Of a stretch of 64,000 nt of DNA, positions 52,634 to 63,351 are shown piece after piece. Under the pieces are notes generated by a model that saw nothing but the letters and a program-made list of their open reading frames with translations, made no database searches and had not been told where the DNA came from. Where the stretch lies: NCBI GenBank assembly GCA_000004985.1, contig GG738845.1. One strand, given 5' to 3'. Position 1 is the stretch's first letter; every line of letters begins with the position of its first letter. This stretch comes from Naegleria gruberi. Lineage: Eukaryota. Both the position numbers and the translations under genes were made by a program.

Positions 52634-54577
52634 ATGTTTGGCTCATCAGCGACGGGTAGAACATCATCTATGCAAGATGATCAACAAGAATCAAAATCAA
52701 CAACAAACGCTAACATTACAAATCTTGAAGGTGTCAAGGAAAAAGATTTGGAGGATTATAAACAAATATTAAATATTTTACTTGGAGCAGGATATTTCCG
52801 TGTTCGTATTGCATCATTAACACCTTTTGACAAAATTTTGGGAGGATTATGTTGGTGTATTAGTAATTCCTACAATGCTGATGCGGATGTAGAAATGTTA
52901 AGTTATGAAGAGGAAGCAAACATTGGTAAAAAAATTAAATTGGCAGAAAAAGTTGTTCTTGCTCTTAGAAGAATGGGTTGTACAACAGAATTAAATCCTG
53001 TACAAATTCAAGGTTTGGATTGTCCTTTCATCTTACAGGTATTTTCATGGCTTGTTAAAAAAGTTCATGAATCAAGAGAGGAAAACAAAGAAAGAATTCA
53101 AAGGTTTAGCGAACTTCAATTTTCTAGAAAGTTTGAATTACCACAAGATACTCAATCCATGCAACAATATACTCAAGCTGTACCATACTTGGAAAGTATT
53201 AAAGGATTTTATCATCCAAAGAGAAAGTTCAAACATCAACAAAGAAAACAAATCAAAAATGAATGGGGTCATGTGCAGACTGTACTTTTAGAATATGGGG
53301 TAGAATTTAAAAAAATTGAGAGATCCCAACAAGAGAAAGAAGATAAATCAAAACTAGAGAGACAATTAAGAGCCCAAAAAACAAAAGCAAATGAGCCATC
53401 AGGTAATTTGGTTGAGGATTTGGATGAAGAAACAAAGGAAAAGAAAATTCAAGAACTTAAAAAACTTGTGGAGCAAAACGAAAACTTTTACAATAATATT
53501 TCAGCTTCTGGTGCTTCTACTTTGATTAGTTTGGGTGCTCATGATATTATGAAATTAAAGGAAGAATACGATGAAAAGACCAAAGACTTTATGGATCAAC
53601 AAGAAAACTTACAAACTGATCAAACTTTACACAAAAGAAATGTTGCCCAATTAACCAAGAAAATAGAAAACCAAAAAGCGTAAGTGTATTAATAGCTTTA
53701 ACATTAAATTAATGGAAATAGTATTTACTTGAAAGCAAAGGAAGAATATAACAATGTAAAGATTGAATATGACAAGGTTGCTGAAAACTACTCAAAATTC
53801 AAAGAATATAACGAACAAATTCAAGAAAAGATCAATCAACTCAAATCTACTGTTGAAACCAGAGATGTGGATCAAACAGTCATTAAGAAATTGGAAAATT
53901 TAATTGCAACCAACGAAAGCTACAAAAAGCAAGAAACTGAATTTAAAACAGAGTGTCAACAAAAATTGAAGGAATTGAAGGAATCAATTGCAACTTTGGA
54001 ACAAGTTGTTACTGATCCAAATGATCCAATTGTTCAACTACAACAATCATATGTTAATGATATGGAAAAGATGAAAAAGATCAAAAAGTTAGCAGCCAAA
54101 AGAAACAGAGAACTTGCAATTATTCAATCTAAAATTGATGAAATCCCTTCAAGAACAGAATTATCTCAATATGAAAGAAGATTTACTGAATTGTTTACTC
54201 AGATCTCATCAAAACTCGATGAAACAAAGAAGTATTTTGTATCGTATAACACATTATCATCAACTTGCTCATTTATGGAACAAGAATTATCTTTGCTCAA
54301 TGCTATTGCTGATTTCTTCCAAAAATCAGTACAGTCCCAAGATAAGAAATATAAAACTTGGATGGTAACAACAATAAGTGACAGAGTTGAAAAGGTAAGA
54401 CAGACCAAAGAACAAGTCAACCAAAAATTAAAAGAAACTGAAAAGAAAAGAGACGATTTGCAAAATAAGTACAATGAATTGGTTTCCAAACAAAGAAATT
54501 ACTTTAGAGCTGTCAAGGAGTTCCAACATGAGATGTTAAAGAATGAAGAATTGAATAAGAGATTAAAACAACAATAA
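52634..54577 (+). CDS. CCDC93: CCDC93 (Commander/CCC complex subunit) homolog. Two exons, 52634..53679 and 53722..54577, with a 42-nt intron.
   Basis: N-terminal block ILNILLGAGYFRVRIASLTPFDKILGGLCWCI...IGKKIKLAEKVVLALRRMGCTTELNPVQIQGLDCPFILQVFSWLVKKV matches the CCDC93 N-terminal NN-CH domain (ILELLVAAGYFRARI..LSPFDKV.GG..WCI...QKIALSEKIV..L.RM.C...L.PHQIQG.D...I.PV.QWLVK). C-terminal coiled coil. Total about 634 aa, as in CCDC93. Confidence 0.8.
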
Positions 54578-54632
54578 ACAATTGTTTCCCGCCAAAACCA
54601 CTACAATCCTACCAAAAATAAATACAAAAAAA

Positions 54633-56000
54633 ATGAGTTCAGCATCTGTTACCAGCCCTCGTTCGAATTCACCAGGCAACAACAATATTACAGATAATCA
54701 AGATGATGAACTAACAAAGGATATAAAGGAACATCAACTTCAAACACAATCCTCAAAAGTTGAGATAAAACGACAAGTATCTGACATTGAATCTGAGAAG
54801 GAAAAGAAAAATTGGTTAATTCATGTACTGTACACTAGGCAAGATATTGAAGAATGTTTAAATACAATAGAAGAACAAATCAGAGCTTGTGAAGGAAAAT
54901 GCGAATATGCTATTTATGTTAAAGGATTGATTAAGAGACAACAAGGTGATATTACACAATCACTTCAATTATTTCAACAAGCTTGTATTTTGAACCCGAT
55001 GAATCCTCAAAATATAAAACAAGTAGGAAAGAGCTTGTTCCTTATGGGAAAATTCAAGGAAGCTATTGAAATTTATGATGAAGCCAAAAGAATTTCTCCA
55101 CAAGATTGGGAGATTTGGCATAATAAGGGTTTATGTCATGCAAATCTTGGAGATTTTGAGAAGGCTGAAGAATGTTATCAAAGATCAAATTCGATACAAC
55201 GACATGATATAACTTTTATAGAATTGGGAAAAATATTCACAATACAAGAAAGATACGAAGAAGCAATTGATATTTACTTGGAAGCATTAGACTTTTCTCC
55301 AGAAAATCCTGAACTTTTGAGCACTGTTGGTCTTCTCTATTTGAGAGTTGGTGATAATCTTAAAGCATTTGATTATCTCGGAAACTCACTCTCTCACGAT
55401 CCAACCAATCCTAAAACTATTTTGGCAACAGGCAGCATCATACAAGACCATGGAGAAATGGAAGTGGCCTTAAGTAAATACAGAATTGCTGCAAAAAAGA
55501 ATCCAAATTCTGCCCAACTTTGGAATAATATTGGCATGTGCTTTTTTGGCAAACAAGATTATGTAACTTCCATCGCTTGTTTGAAAAGAGCTTTGTATTT
55601 GGCACCATTTGAGTGGATCATTTCTTACAACTTGGGTCTTGTTCACCTCAACACTAGACAATATGCCTCTGCTTTCCATTACTTCTCAACCTCGATTAAT
55701 TTGAACCCAAATTTCGCAAGTACATACATGTATTTGGGAATAACATTGAACAGACTGGACGATTTTGAAAATGCATGCTCTGCTTATGAAAAAGCAATTG
55801 AAATGGAAGGAGATTATCTATTCGAACTGAACTATGCCATCACATTGTACAACCACCAAAATTTCGAACAATCAAGAGCCCATTTCGTTGAATTTGAAAG
55901 ACTTTTTCACGAGGCACACACAGGAGAGGATGCAGAAGAATGTGATGATGAATTTATTATGGAAGCAAGAAAAAAGTTATCGTCATTGCTTTCATCCTAA
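54633..56000 (+). CDS. BBS4: Bardet-Biedl syndrome 4 protein (BBSome TPR subunit) homolog
   Basis: Colinear matches to BBS4: KNWLIHVLYTRQD, CEYAIYVKGLI, HDITFIELGKI, SPENPELLSTVGLLYL, DPTNPKTILATGSI, LWNNIGMCFFGKQDY, CLKRALYLAPFEW, YNLGLVHLNTRQYASAFHY, LNYAITLYN. The true ATG (MSSASV) is at 54633; the track's 54582 start is a non-ATG artefact. Confidence 0.85.
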   Translation: MSSASVTSPRSNSPGNNNITDNQDDELTKDIKEHQLQTQSSKVEIKRQVSDIESEKEKKNWLIHVLYTRQDIEECLNTIEEQIRACEGKCEYAIYVKGLIKRQQGDITQSLQLFQQACILNPMNPQNIKQVGKSLFLMGKFKEAIEIYDEAKRISPQDWEIWHNKGLCHANLGDFEKAEECYQRSNSIQRHDITFIELGKIFTIQERYEEAIDIYLEALDFSPENPELLSTVGLLYLRVGDNLKAFDYLGNSLSHDPTNPKTILATGSIIQDHGEMEVALSKYRIAAKKNPNSAQLWNNIGMCFFGKQDYVTSIACLKRALYLAPFEWIISYNLGLVHLNTRQYASAFHYFSTSINLNPNFASTYMYLGITLNRLDDFENACSAYEKAIEMEGDYLFELNYAITLYNHQNFEQSRAHFVEFERLFHEAHTGEDAEECDDEFIMEARKKLSSLLSS

Positions 56001-56429
56001 AGCAAGGGTAAAAATAAAAAAAATGGCCAATATTGATGAAATTGTGGTGTGTGCAGACACTCTTTTTGATTAGTAGGTAATTTAGTCAATAATTATTAAG
56101 AAAATTTTGCAAGTGAATGTGTGATTGATTTCGGAAATGATTGCGAATCTGCTTTAAACGTTTATAATACAGTGATTGTGGATGAAGAATTGTCATCAAA
56201 TGTGACAAGAAATATCGAACTTGTAAATAATGAAGGAACTCATTCTGTTAAATTGTATGTTAACAAATCATCATGATTTCTTAATATTATTTAGAAATTT
56301 CAAGAGTGACTCAGCCAGAACTCTCCGATCATCAGTGAAAGGAACTTTGGATACCATTCACCTCTCCATAGAAACCTTGTCATATTTTAACTAGTAGTTG
56401 AACAAGAATAAATATCAGCTTCAAAAAAA

Positions 56430-57518
56430 ATGTCTTCAGCAAACACGTTGAGCAATACAAAAGAATTGTTACCCAATACTGAATGTTCTGAGCACAATTC
56501 CGAACACTTAGAAAATAAGAGAAAGAATGAATGTGACCAAGAAGATGACGAACAACAAGAAGTTAAAAAGAGAAAATATCCACAGTGTGAAGTTTGTTCC
56601 TGTATTGAATCCAAATACACATGTCCTGGTTGCAGTTTGAGATATTGTTGTTTAGATTGTTTTAAAAACCATAAAACTTCATCTGGATGTTCTGGAAAGA
56701 GAGATGCAACCAAGTTTGTTGATTTAAAGGATTTTTCAGAGCAATCATTACGTAGTGACTATAACTTTTTGGAGAATCTTGACTCACAAACTATTCACTG
56801 GTCAAGAATGAGAGCTCAAGAGAAAATTGACTCACATTCCTATCAATATCATCATCCAAGAGTGAGAGAGTTACAATATAAAGCAATACAGAAAGGGATT
56901 CGAATGGAATTAATGCCCCAAGGAATGTCACGAAGAGAAAGTAACACATCCTATTTCAATAAGAAGACAGACAAGATTTTTTGGAGACTGGAATTTATAT
57001 TTGATCAAGAAATGGACAATATTACAAACAAACCTTCTCAAACAATCGAAAACCATGTTTCTGAGGATGTAAAAATCTTAGACATTATCCAAAAATACTT
57101 TGATAAGGATGTGAATGGTAGTGCAAAAACAAGAGATAAGATGCAGAAATATGCTTCACATTACGAAAAAGCAGAATGTAAGAGTGCACTATTCAAATTC
57201 TTAATTCAAGTTGAGGGCACAAGTGAAAGAATGTTTTACAATGTGAATGTGTCTCTACCTTTACGGGATGCTCTTAAGGATATGGTTATTATTGAATATC
57301 CAATTATTCATGTCATACTTTCAGAATCTGAAGAGTATAGAATAATTTCGGAAGAGGAAATAAAAGAAATGAACAAAAAGAGAGACGATAAACTCAAAGA
57401 AAAGAAGGAAAAAAGGCAAGCATTCATCGAAAAAAAGAACAAATATGAAGAGAGAATGGCAGAAAAACAAGAGAGAGAACAACAGAAAAGAAGAAATAAC
57501 CCTCAAAGAAAAAAGTAA
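56430..57518 (+). CDS. zf-HIT protein, box C/D snoRNP assembly factor BCD1/ZNHIT6-like
   Basis: CEVCSCIESKYTCPGCSLRYCCLDCFKNHK zf-HIT near the N-terminus, followed by a BCD1-like region and a K/E-rich tail. Confidence 0.65.
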   Translation: MSSANTLSNTKELLPNTECSEHNSEHLENKRKNECDQEDDEQQEVKKRKYPQCEVCSCIESKYTCPGCSLRYCCLDCFKNHKTSSGCSGKRDATKFVDLKDFSEQSLRSDYNFLENLDSQTIHWSRMRAQEKIDSHSYQYHHPRVRELQYKAIQKGIRMELMPQGMSRRESNTSYFNKKTDKIFWRLEFIFDQEMDNITNKPSQTIENHVSEDVKILDIIQKYFDKDVNGSAKTRDKMQKYASHYEKAECKSALFKFLIQVEGTSERMFYNVNVSLPLRDALKDMVIIEYPIIHVILSESEEYRIISEEEIKEMNKKRDDKLKEKKEKRQAFIEKKNKYEERMAEKQEREQQKRRNNPQRKK

Positions 57519-57522
57519 ACAT

Positions 57523-58809
57523 TTATTTCTTTTTCTTTGGCTTTTTCTTTCCACTTGTGTCACTCTTCTTAACCAAATCTTTGACCAATTTCTTGGCACT
57601 CTTCTTTTCCTTCTTAGCTTTCAATTTTTCTTGTTTTTCCTTATTGAGTTCGAGCAATTCCTTATCATATTTCTTCTTTGGAGTTAATTCTAAGAGTTCA
57701 ATATCGTAAAACAGTGTAGCATTTGGAGGTACCTTGTCAATTACACCCTTTTCACCAAAACCCTTTTCAGGAGGTATTACTAATTCTCTTTTACCACATA
57801 CAGTCATTCCTTCAACACCAATATTGATACCCTTGATAACCTTTTTAGTTCCTAATCTGAAACTGAATGGATTTTTTCTTGTTGATCTATCGAATGTTTT
57901 TACCTTGTCTGGATCAAGTCTACCTTTGTAATAGAGTGTCACCTTGTCACCAATTTGTGCTTTTCTTCCATGACCAACAAAAACATTGGTAATTTCCACA
58001 CTCTTTCTTGTGAAAGTCTTTGGTTCAGTATGATCTTCAGCTAATCTTTCTTCTTCTTCCTTGTCAGCTTTGATTTCCTCTTGTTGCTTTTCGAATTTTT
58101 CCACTTTGGATTTTTCCCATGGTGCTAAATCTTCCTTATATTTGGTTTTCTTGAGCTTTTCAACAATTTCCTTGAAATAGTTTCTCTTTAGTCTAAAGTA
58201 TGCTTTTGCCTTGTCCTCAAAGGTTGCCTCAGGTGAAAACATAATGATTCCATGTAAATCAACACCTAAACATTTTTCCTTATTCAAGTATGGTCTTCCT
58301 TTCAATTCAAATGTAAGATTACTAATTTCTTCAGCAGAAAACATATGTTGCAATACAAATTCACTTCTTGTTGGATAAGAAAGTGTTGCCAAGACAAACT
58401 TTCTTCTTTTGTCATCATCTTGAATACACACCTGTAAGACACACCCTGGTTGTTTTTCTTTGTCCAACGATGCTTCTTCGTCTTCATGAGCCATGATTGA
58501 CTTTAATTTTTTCTTAGCCTCTTCCAATTCTTTAACTTTAGAAGGGAGAGCAATAGAATAATTATTGTCAATTTGTAAAGAACATGAAGAAATAGCCAAA
58601 GAGCAATTATTAACCTGTCCAAGAGAAAATGGTTCTTCGGTAGTGACTCTGATTCTCCATTGAAGTCTATCTTGGCTTTCTAGAAATTCTTTAATATCCT
58701 GAGATGGATGTTGCATAAAAGCTTCCTCCTTGATTTTGTTCTCCTGTTCGTATTTTGTCTTTTTTGGCTTCGGATCATTCGAAGAAGCGCTTGAAGCTGA
58801 TCGTTTCAT
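57523..58809 (-). CDS. FKBP-type peptidyl-prolyl isomerase with long N-terminal domain and K-rich tail (nuclear FKBP type)
   Basis: FKBP domain GDKVTLYYKGRL.DGK.FDRS...PFSFRLG...IKG...GVEGM.VG.KR.L.IPP..GFG. Confidence 0.7.
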   Translation of the reverse strand: MKRSASSASSNDPKPKKTKYEQENKIKEEAFMQHPSQDIKEFLESQDRLQWRIRVTTEEPFSLGQVNNCSLAISSCSLQIDNNYSIALPSKVKELEEAKKKLKSIMAHEDEEASLDKEKQPGCVLQVCIQDDDKRRKFVLATLSYPTRSEFVLQHMFSAEEISNLTFELKGRPYLNKEKCLGVDLHGIIMFSPEATFEDKAKAYFRLKRNYFKEIVEKLKKTKYKEDLAPWEKSKVEKFEKQQEEIKADKEEEERLAEDHTEPKTFTRKSVEITNVFVGHGRKAQIGDKVTLYYKGRLDPDKVKTFDRSTRKNPFSFRLGTKKVIKGINIGVEGMTVCGKRELVIPPEKGFGEKGVIDKVPPNATLFYDIELLELTPKKKYDKELLELNKEKQEKLKAKKEKKSAKKLVKDLVKKSDTSGKKKPKKKK

Positions 58810-59030
58810 TTTTTATTTGAACAAAGTGCAATATTTTTGTGTTGCAAGATTTGTTTCCTACATCAACAACAATTACCAGCAATTATTTAATTTTATTAAT
58901 AAATTATTGTTTTAATTATAATTATTATTTGTTATATCAAAGAACCAAGTTGAAAATAAATTTGGGATAACGGTGGCAAACCACAACCCTTAAAAAAAAT
59001 TCAATACATCATCAAATTATCCAACGATAA

Positions 59031-60839
59031 ATGAATCTAACTAAGGAAACTAAAAAACTAGTTTGGAAACAACAAATAGAAGCTAGGGGAAGTACTTGGA
59101 AAGTAAAGTGTGTTTCACTTTCGGAAAATGACTTATTAGTACTTGGTTCTGACACTGATGAACAGAGCTCACATTTATTTATTTGTGATTTGAAAAGTTT
59201 GGAGTGGTCAACAGCCCCTCTCTTCGGGGATGGTCCTAGCAATTCTGATTTTCATTTCCCAATAATATCTGAGGAAAATGAAGGCTTGTTTGTTTTTTGG
59301 ATCATGAGAGAAAAGGGATTACCTGCACTTCTTGTTGCTGATTATGAAAATGAAGGACTGACTCTTTCCAAAGGAGAACAAGTATTGTTATTTGATAGTG
59401 ATACAATGGATGACGATATGATATTGTGCATGAACAGGAAGGATAGGGTAATAGTGGCACCAAAAACACTGTTTGCAGTAGAAGAAGAAAATTCATTTTT
59501 TGAATTTTTTGAAAGATCAGAAATAGTAATTAGTTTTTTAAACTTTGCAAATGGAATGCAATGGTCAAGGATTCTAGTTGACAATGACCAGGCACCAAGG
59601 GCTAGAAGAGATTTCACCTGTACCAAGATAGATCAAAAGATTTACTTTTTTGGAGGAATTTCAGATAGTGGAATCATTCACAATGATATGTACATATTAG
59701 ATTTGAGTAGGTACTTCTTTTTTAATCTTCATCAGACATTTATCATTCAAATAGTTGATTTGAAGTGGTCTAAATGTACCTTTAAATCTGAAGATGATAA
59801 GCCAACAGCTAGATATGGTCATTCTGCAACTGTTCTAGATAGCGAATATATTCTGATATTTGGAGGAAGTGGATATGAAACAAAATTTAATGACCTGTAT
59901 CTATTTAATATTTTTAGTAAGGAATGGAGTTTGTTGGAAATTGATGAATGCCCCTTAGCGAGAAGTCATCACTCTTTTGTGAGATTGAATGAATTTATTG
60001 TTTTATTTGGAGGAGAGGGTGAAGAATCAATACTGAATGACCTATTCATTTTGGATATTGAGGAGAGTAGATGGGAGAAAATAGAAAACGATTTTAATCC
60101 ATCCCCCAGATTTAAGCATTTTTGTGGTTTGTTTTCTTCACAGGACTCTCTTGTATTTTTTGGAGGAGAGAATGGTTCAGAAAATTTATTCGATATCTAC
60201 ACACTGCATGCAGAAGATGATAATGAAGTGGAATTGATTTATTCTTCACCTAAATTGGAAATAGAAGACGAGTTTCGTCTCGAAATAAGTTCTGAAGAAA
60301 ATGACTCAACACAAGTAGAAAACGATGTTAATTGGTCAACTAACCAACCAGAGGAATACGAATTGAATAGTTACGCATTTATTGAAGAATCTGCTGAAGA
60401 AGAAGACAGAATGGACGAAATTGTATTTGAGGAAAATTCATCAACAACATCCGTTGTGGAGCAACCACAACAGTATGATCAAATGACACAAACCTCTGTT
60501 GATAGAGAAGAAGAAATTTTTGACTTTTCACACGACTTTCAAACTCACAATGAAGGTAATGACCTGGTTATTGAATTTGATACTCATGAATTTGTCGTTG
60601 AGGACGAATGCTTTCTTGAACCCACTAGCTCTCAATTGACTGAGGAAAAGGATATGTTGGAAGTAATATTTAGAAGCATATCTCTTGGAAACCCTACTAT
60701 TTCACTATTTACATTGCTAAAAATATGTAGAAACTGCAGAATAACAGAAAATTGGCTGTGTTATGATTCAATCCTTGAAACCGTCTCAAATATCTTACAA
60801 AAGAGTAAGTTATTACAATATATAATTACTACCTGTTAA
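59031..60839 (+). CDS. Kelch-repeat beta-propeller protein with acidic C-terminal region. Possible in-frame 48-nt intron at 59707..59754.
   Basis: Repeated PxARxxHS/F ... IY.FGG ... NDLY.LDL ..W blades: PRARRDFTCTKIDQKIYFFGG, PTARYGHSATVL..ILIFGG, PLARSHHSFVRL..IVLFGG, PSPRFKHFCG...LVFFGG. Confidence 0.65.
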   Translation: MNLTKETKKLVWKQQIEARGSTWKVKCVSLSENDLLVLGSDTDEQSSHLFICDLKSLEWSTAPLFGDGPSNSDFHFPIISEENEGLFVFWIMREKGLPALLVADYENEGLTLSKGEQVLLFDSDTMDDDMILCMNRKDRVIVAPKTLFAVEEENSFFEFFERSEIVISFLNFANGMQWSRILVDNDQAPRARRDFTCTKIDQKIYFFGGISDSGIIHNDMYILDLSRYFFFNLHQTFIIQIVDLKWSKCTFKSEDDKPTARYGHSATVLDSEYILIFGGSGYETKFNDLYLFNIFSKEWSLLEIDECPLARSHHSFVRLNEFIVLFGGEGEESILNDLFILDIEESRWEKIENDFNPSPRFKHFCGLFSSQDSLVFFGGENGSENLFDIYTLHAEDDNEVELIYSSPKLEIEDEFRLEISSEENDSTQVENDVNWSTNQPEEYELNSYAFIEESAEEEDRMDEIVFEENSSTTSVVEQPQQYDQMTQTSVDREEEIFDFSHDFQTHNEGNDLVIEFDTHEFVVEDECFLEPTSSQLTEEKDMLEVIFRSISLGNPTISLFTLLKICRNCRITENWLCYDSILETVSNILQKSKLLQYIITTC

Positions 60840-60873
60840 AATAGCTTTAAATGGAGAGGAACAAATTGATTGC

Positions 60874-62476
60874 TTGGAATTCAGGAAAATAACAGCAGAG
60901 CTCTCGCAAAAGAGAAGTAAGAAACTCCAAGACACAACATTCAGCCACATGCAACTAATTGAAACTCTGTTAAAGCCTTACTACAAAACAGTTAGTAATC
61001 CAGATGATATGTTAATAGAGATTTTGTCTCCAACAATTCTCAACTTATTCACTTCTAAAAAAGAGCAGCTTCAAGAGGTGAGTAACAAAGCTTATATATC
61101 AAACTTATTTAACATTCAAAGTTGTTTTCTGTGTATTCATGTCTTAATTCAAATTCTCATTTTCCAGATACAAAGGAAGTTATGAAATCAAATAGTACAA
61201 TATCTCTAGCAGAATTTCTTTCTTTTGCAGAAACATTTGACATTACTCCCCACAAAATATCAAGAGTCCCCCTTCAAAAAACAATATTCTATAATAGTCT
61301 ACCTCCTGAAGGAAGTGAATCATTCAAAGAGAGCAAATCAAAAGGTTTAAACTATCCTCAGTTTCTAGAGTCGTTATGCAGGTTAGCAATACATATTTAC
61401 TCTCAACATCCTTTCTCTAACCTAGTCAAGACGAGTAAAGATAAAGTAGATATCTTTTTTAAACATATGGGATTTAAGGACATCTCAAAGTTCAAAGAGT
61501 TTTTAAAAAAAGCTGGTATTGGTGGTATTTCATTTAGCCCTAGCAAGAAAATAGCAACCAAAATTGCAAAACCTTCCAATTTAACAAACAGTGGAGGATC
61601 CACAAAACAAAAACCTGACCAAATTATGGAAACCAAACAAATTATTACCGATGAAATAAGAAGACAATATGTCGAAATGATCCAAAACAAATATCTTCTC
61701 AAAGAAGAGCTAGAGAATGTTTTTATGTATTACTGCTCTTTCGGAAATAGGATGAATCTAGATTTAATGAGCTCCTCCAAGTTCAAAATGTTCATTAGAG
61801 ATACTAATATATATAACTATGGTTTCAAGCAAGAGGAAGCAGATTTAATTTTCGTAAAAATATTATCAAGTACAAAGAAGAAATCTAACTTATCCCAAAA
61901 GTTGACATTTCCTCAATTTGTAGACTGTGTAAAAGAGATTGCCTCAAAACTTCGTAAGGATATAACTCCCTCTAAAGCATTTGCACAATTTTTACTTATT
62001 GATGTTTTACCAAAGGTCCATAGGTTAGAGAATCAAAAATATTTAGGCAATGATGAAAAGTTAAACGTTTTACTTGACAAGTTTAGAAACAATCTGCAAA
62101 AGGTTTGTAAAATACCCATTAATTCATGTTAACCTGCAAACAGCTGTTTTTATTTTATTGCAACTTGGATACTGGAGTGACTCTAAAAGAAACCATGTCC
62201 AGTAATAATTTATTCAAACTTTGTTTGGATTTTGAGATAATTCCTCTTGTATCAAAAAAAGATATTTACAAAGTTTTCAGATCACACACAAATACCGAAT
62301 TAGTTTATCACAAGTTTGAAAATTGTTTAATAGAAATTGTACATTCAGCATATGATAAGCATCCTTATAACTCTAAATACCCTTCACAAGCTGAAAAACT
62401 TGGAGCTCTTTTTCAAAAAATGGAGCTTGGAGATTGGAATATGACAAGGAAACGTTTGGAAACACAACAAGAATAA
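60874..62476 (+). CDS. Multi-repeat p25-alpha/TPPP-domain protein. Exons ?..61077, 61176..62102, 62144..62476; 5' end uncertain.
   Basis: Three ORFs link by introns GTGAGT...ACAAAG (61078..61175, 98 nt) and GTTTGT...AAACAG (62103..62143, 41 nt). There are several p25-alpha-like modules (F.K/F..F...K.I.f.eF...L..LA). The first ATG in frame is MQLIETLL at about 60949. No ATG precedes the in-frame TTG used by the track. Confidence 0.5.
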
Positions 62477-62898
62477 AACTGTCTTTTTTTTTATGTCTCT
62501 TATCGCTGTGAGAGCAACAACTATTAAAATCAATAATAAGGCAGTTCCTCCTTTTGTTGGAAGGGAAACGGAACAGTCAAAGGTTGAAAATGGAGGAAAT
62601 ATTGTCCCAAGTAGCATTCAGTTCCTGTTTTTCATGACTGCTTTTAGTGTTCCAACTCTGAGATGATTTTTTTAGATCTCTAAAGTTCAAGGTTTCGAAA
62701 TCACAACAAGAATAAATAATTGGCCAGAAATTGCCTTAGAGTAAAAAGTTTATAAATGCTACGTGCCATGTAAAAGAGAGACATAATAATTGTAACAAGA
62801 AATAGGCTGCCACCGCACGCTTTCGTGCTTCGCAAGGTTTTGAATAAAATACGTTTCATCAAGATTAAAAAAAATATATTTATTTACCTACATAAACA

Positions 62899-63149
62899 AT
62901 GCAAGTTAGGTCAAGAAAATCGGGAGGTGTTAAACAACAAAAACTTACTGTATCAGGTTCTGATCACGGCACGATCTTGAAGACTTACTTTGGTGATGAT
63001 GATGCTCCAGGTATTAAAGTGTAAGTGGTTTACATTCTATAAATGTTTAATAATCATTTAATAGTTCCCCAACAACCGTTCTTGTTGGTAGCTTGGTTTT
63101 TATCTTCTCTGTAATTGTTCTTCACTTCTGGGGTAGATTCTTTGGATAA
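62899..63149 (+). CDS. SEC61B: Sec61 beta subunit (Sbh1). Two exons, 62899..63020 and 63065..63149, with a 44-nt GTAAGT...TAATAG intron.
   Basis: MQVRSRKSGG...ILKTYFGDDDAPGIKV | SPTTVLVGSLVFIFSVIVLHFWGRFFG. The conserved ...SPGLKV.P..VL..SL.FI.SV..LH.WG tail-anchor is obtained only after splicing. Absent from the ORF track (too short). Confidence 0.8.
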
Positions 63150-63351
63150 ATCATCAACTGAATTTACATTGTACTACTTCCATCAATTTCCTTTCTCCCA
63201 TTAATCACTAATAAACAAACTACATTATCATTGATGTATAGGATGAAGTAATATTATTTTGTAAAATAATAGTATTATTCTCTATTAATCAAAATTTAAT
63301 TGTTATTAATTCACCACTGATTAAAAAAAGAGGTAATTTTAAATTTAAAAA

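Noticed and set aside
56040-56430. Possible box C/D snoRNA in the BBS4-BCD1 spacer (ATGAAG and ATGATT words, short palindrome ttgtcatcaaatgtgacaa)
   Set aside because: No exact C (RUGAUGA) and D (CUGA) box pair with a terminal stem at appropriate spacing on either strand. The similarity is too weak to call.
60839-60874. Joining the Kelch gene (ends 60839) to the downstream p25-alpha gene through a GTAAGT...AAAATAG intron at 60818..60845
   Set aside because: All candidate acceptors give an immediate in-frame stop (…TGA at 60866, or TAA). The Kelch ORF therefore most likely ends at its own stop, and the p25-alpha gene has an independent, still undefined, start.
62800-62840. GC-rich hairpin gcacg-cttt-cgtgc upstream of Sec61 beta read as a terminator or structured RNA
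   Set aside because: A 5-bp stem alone is expected by chance in 64 kb. Its location 60 bp upstream of an ATG fits a promoter element no better than noise. Not reported as a feature.
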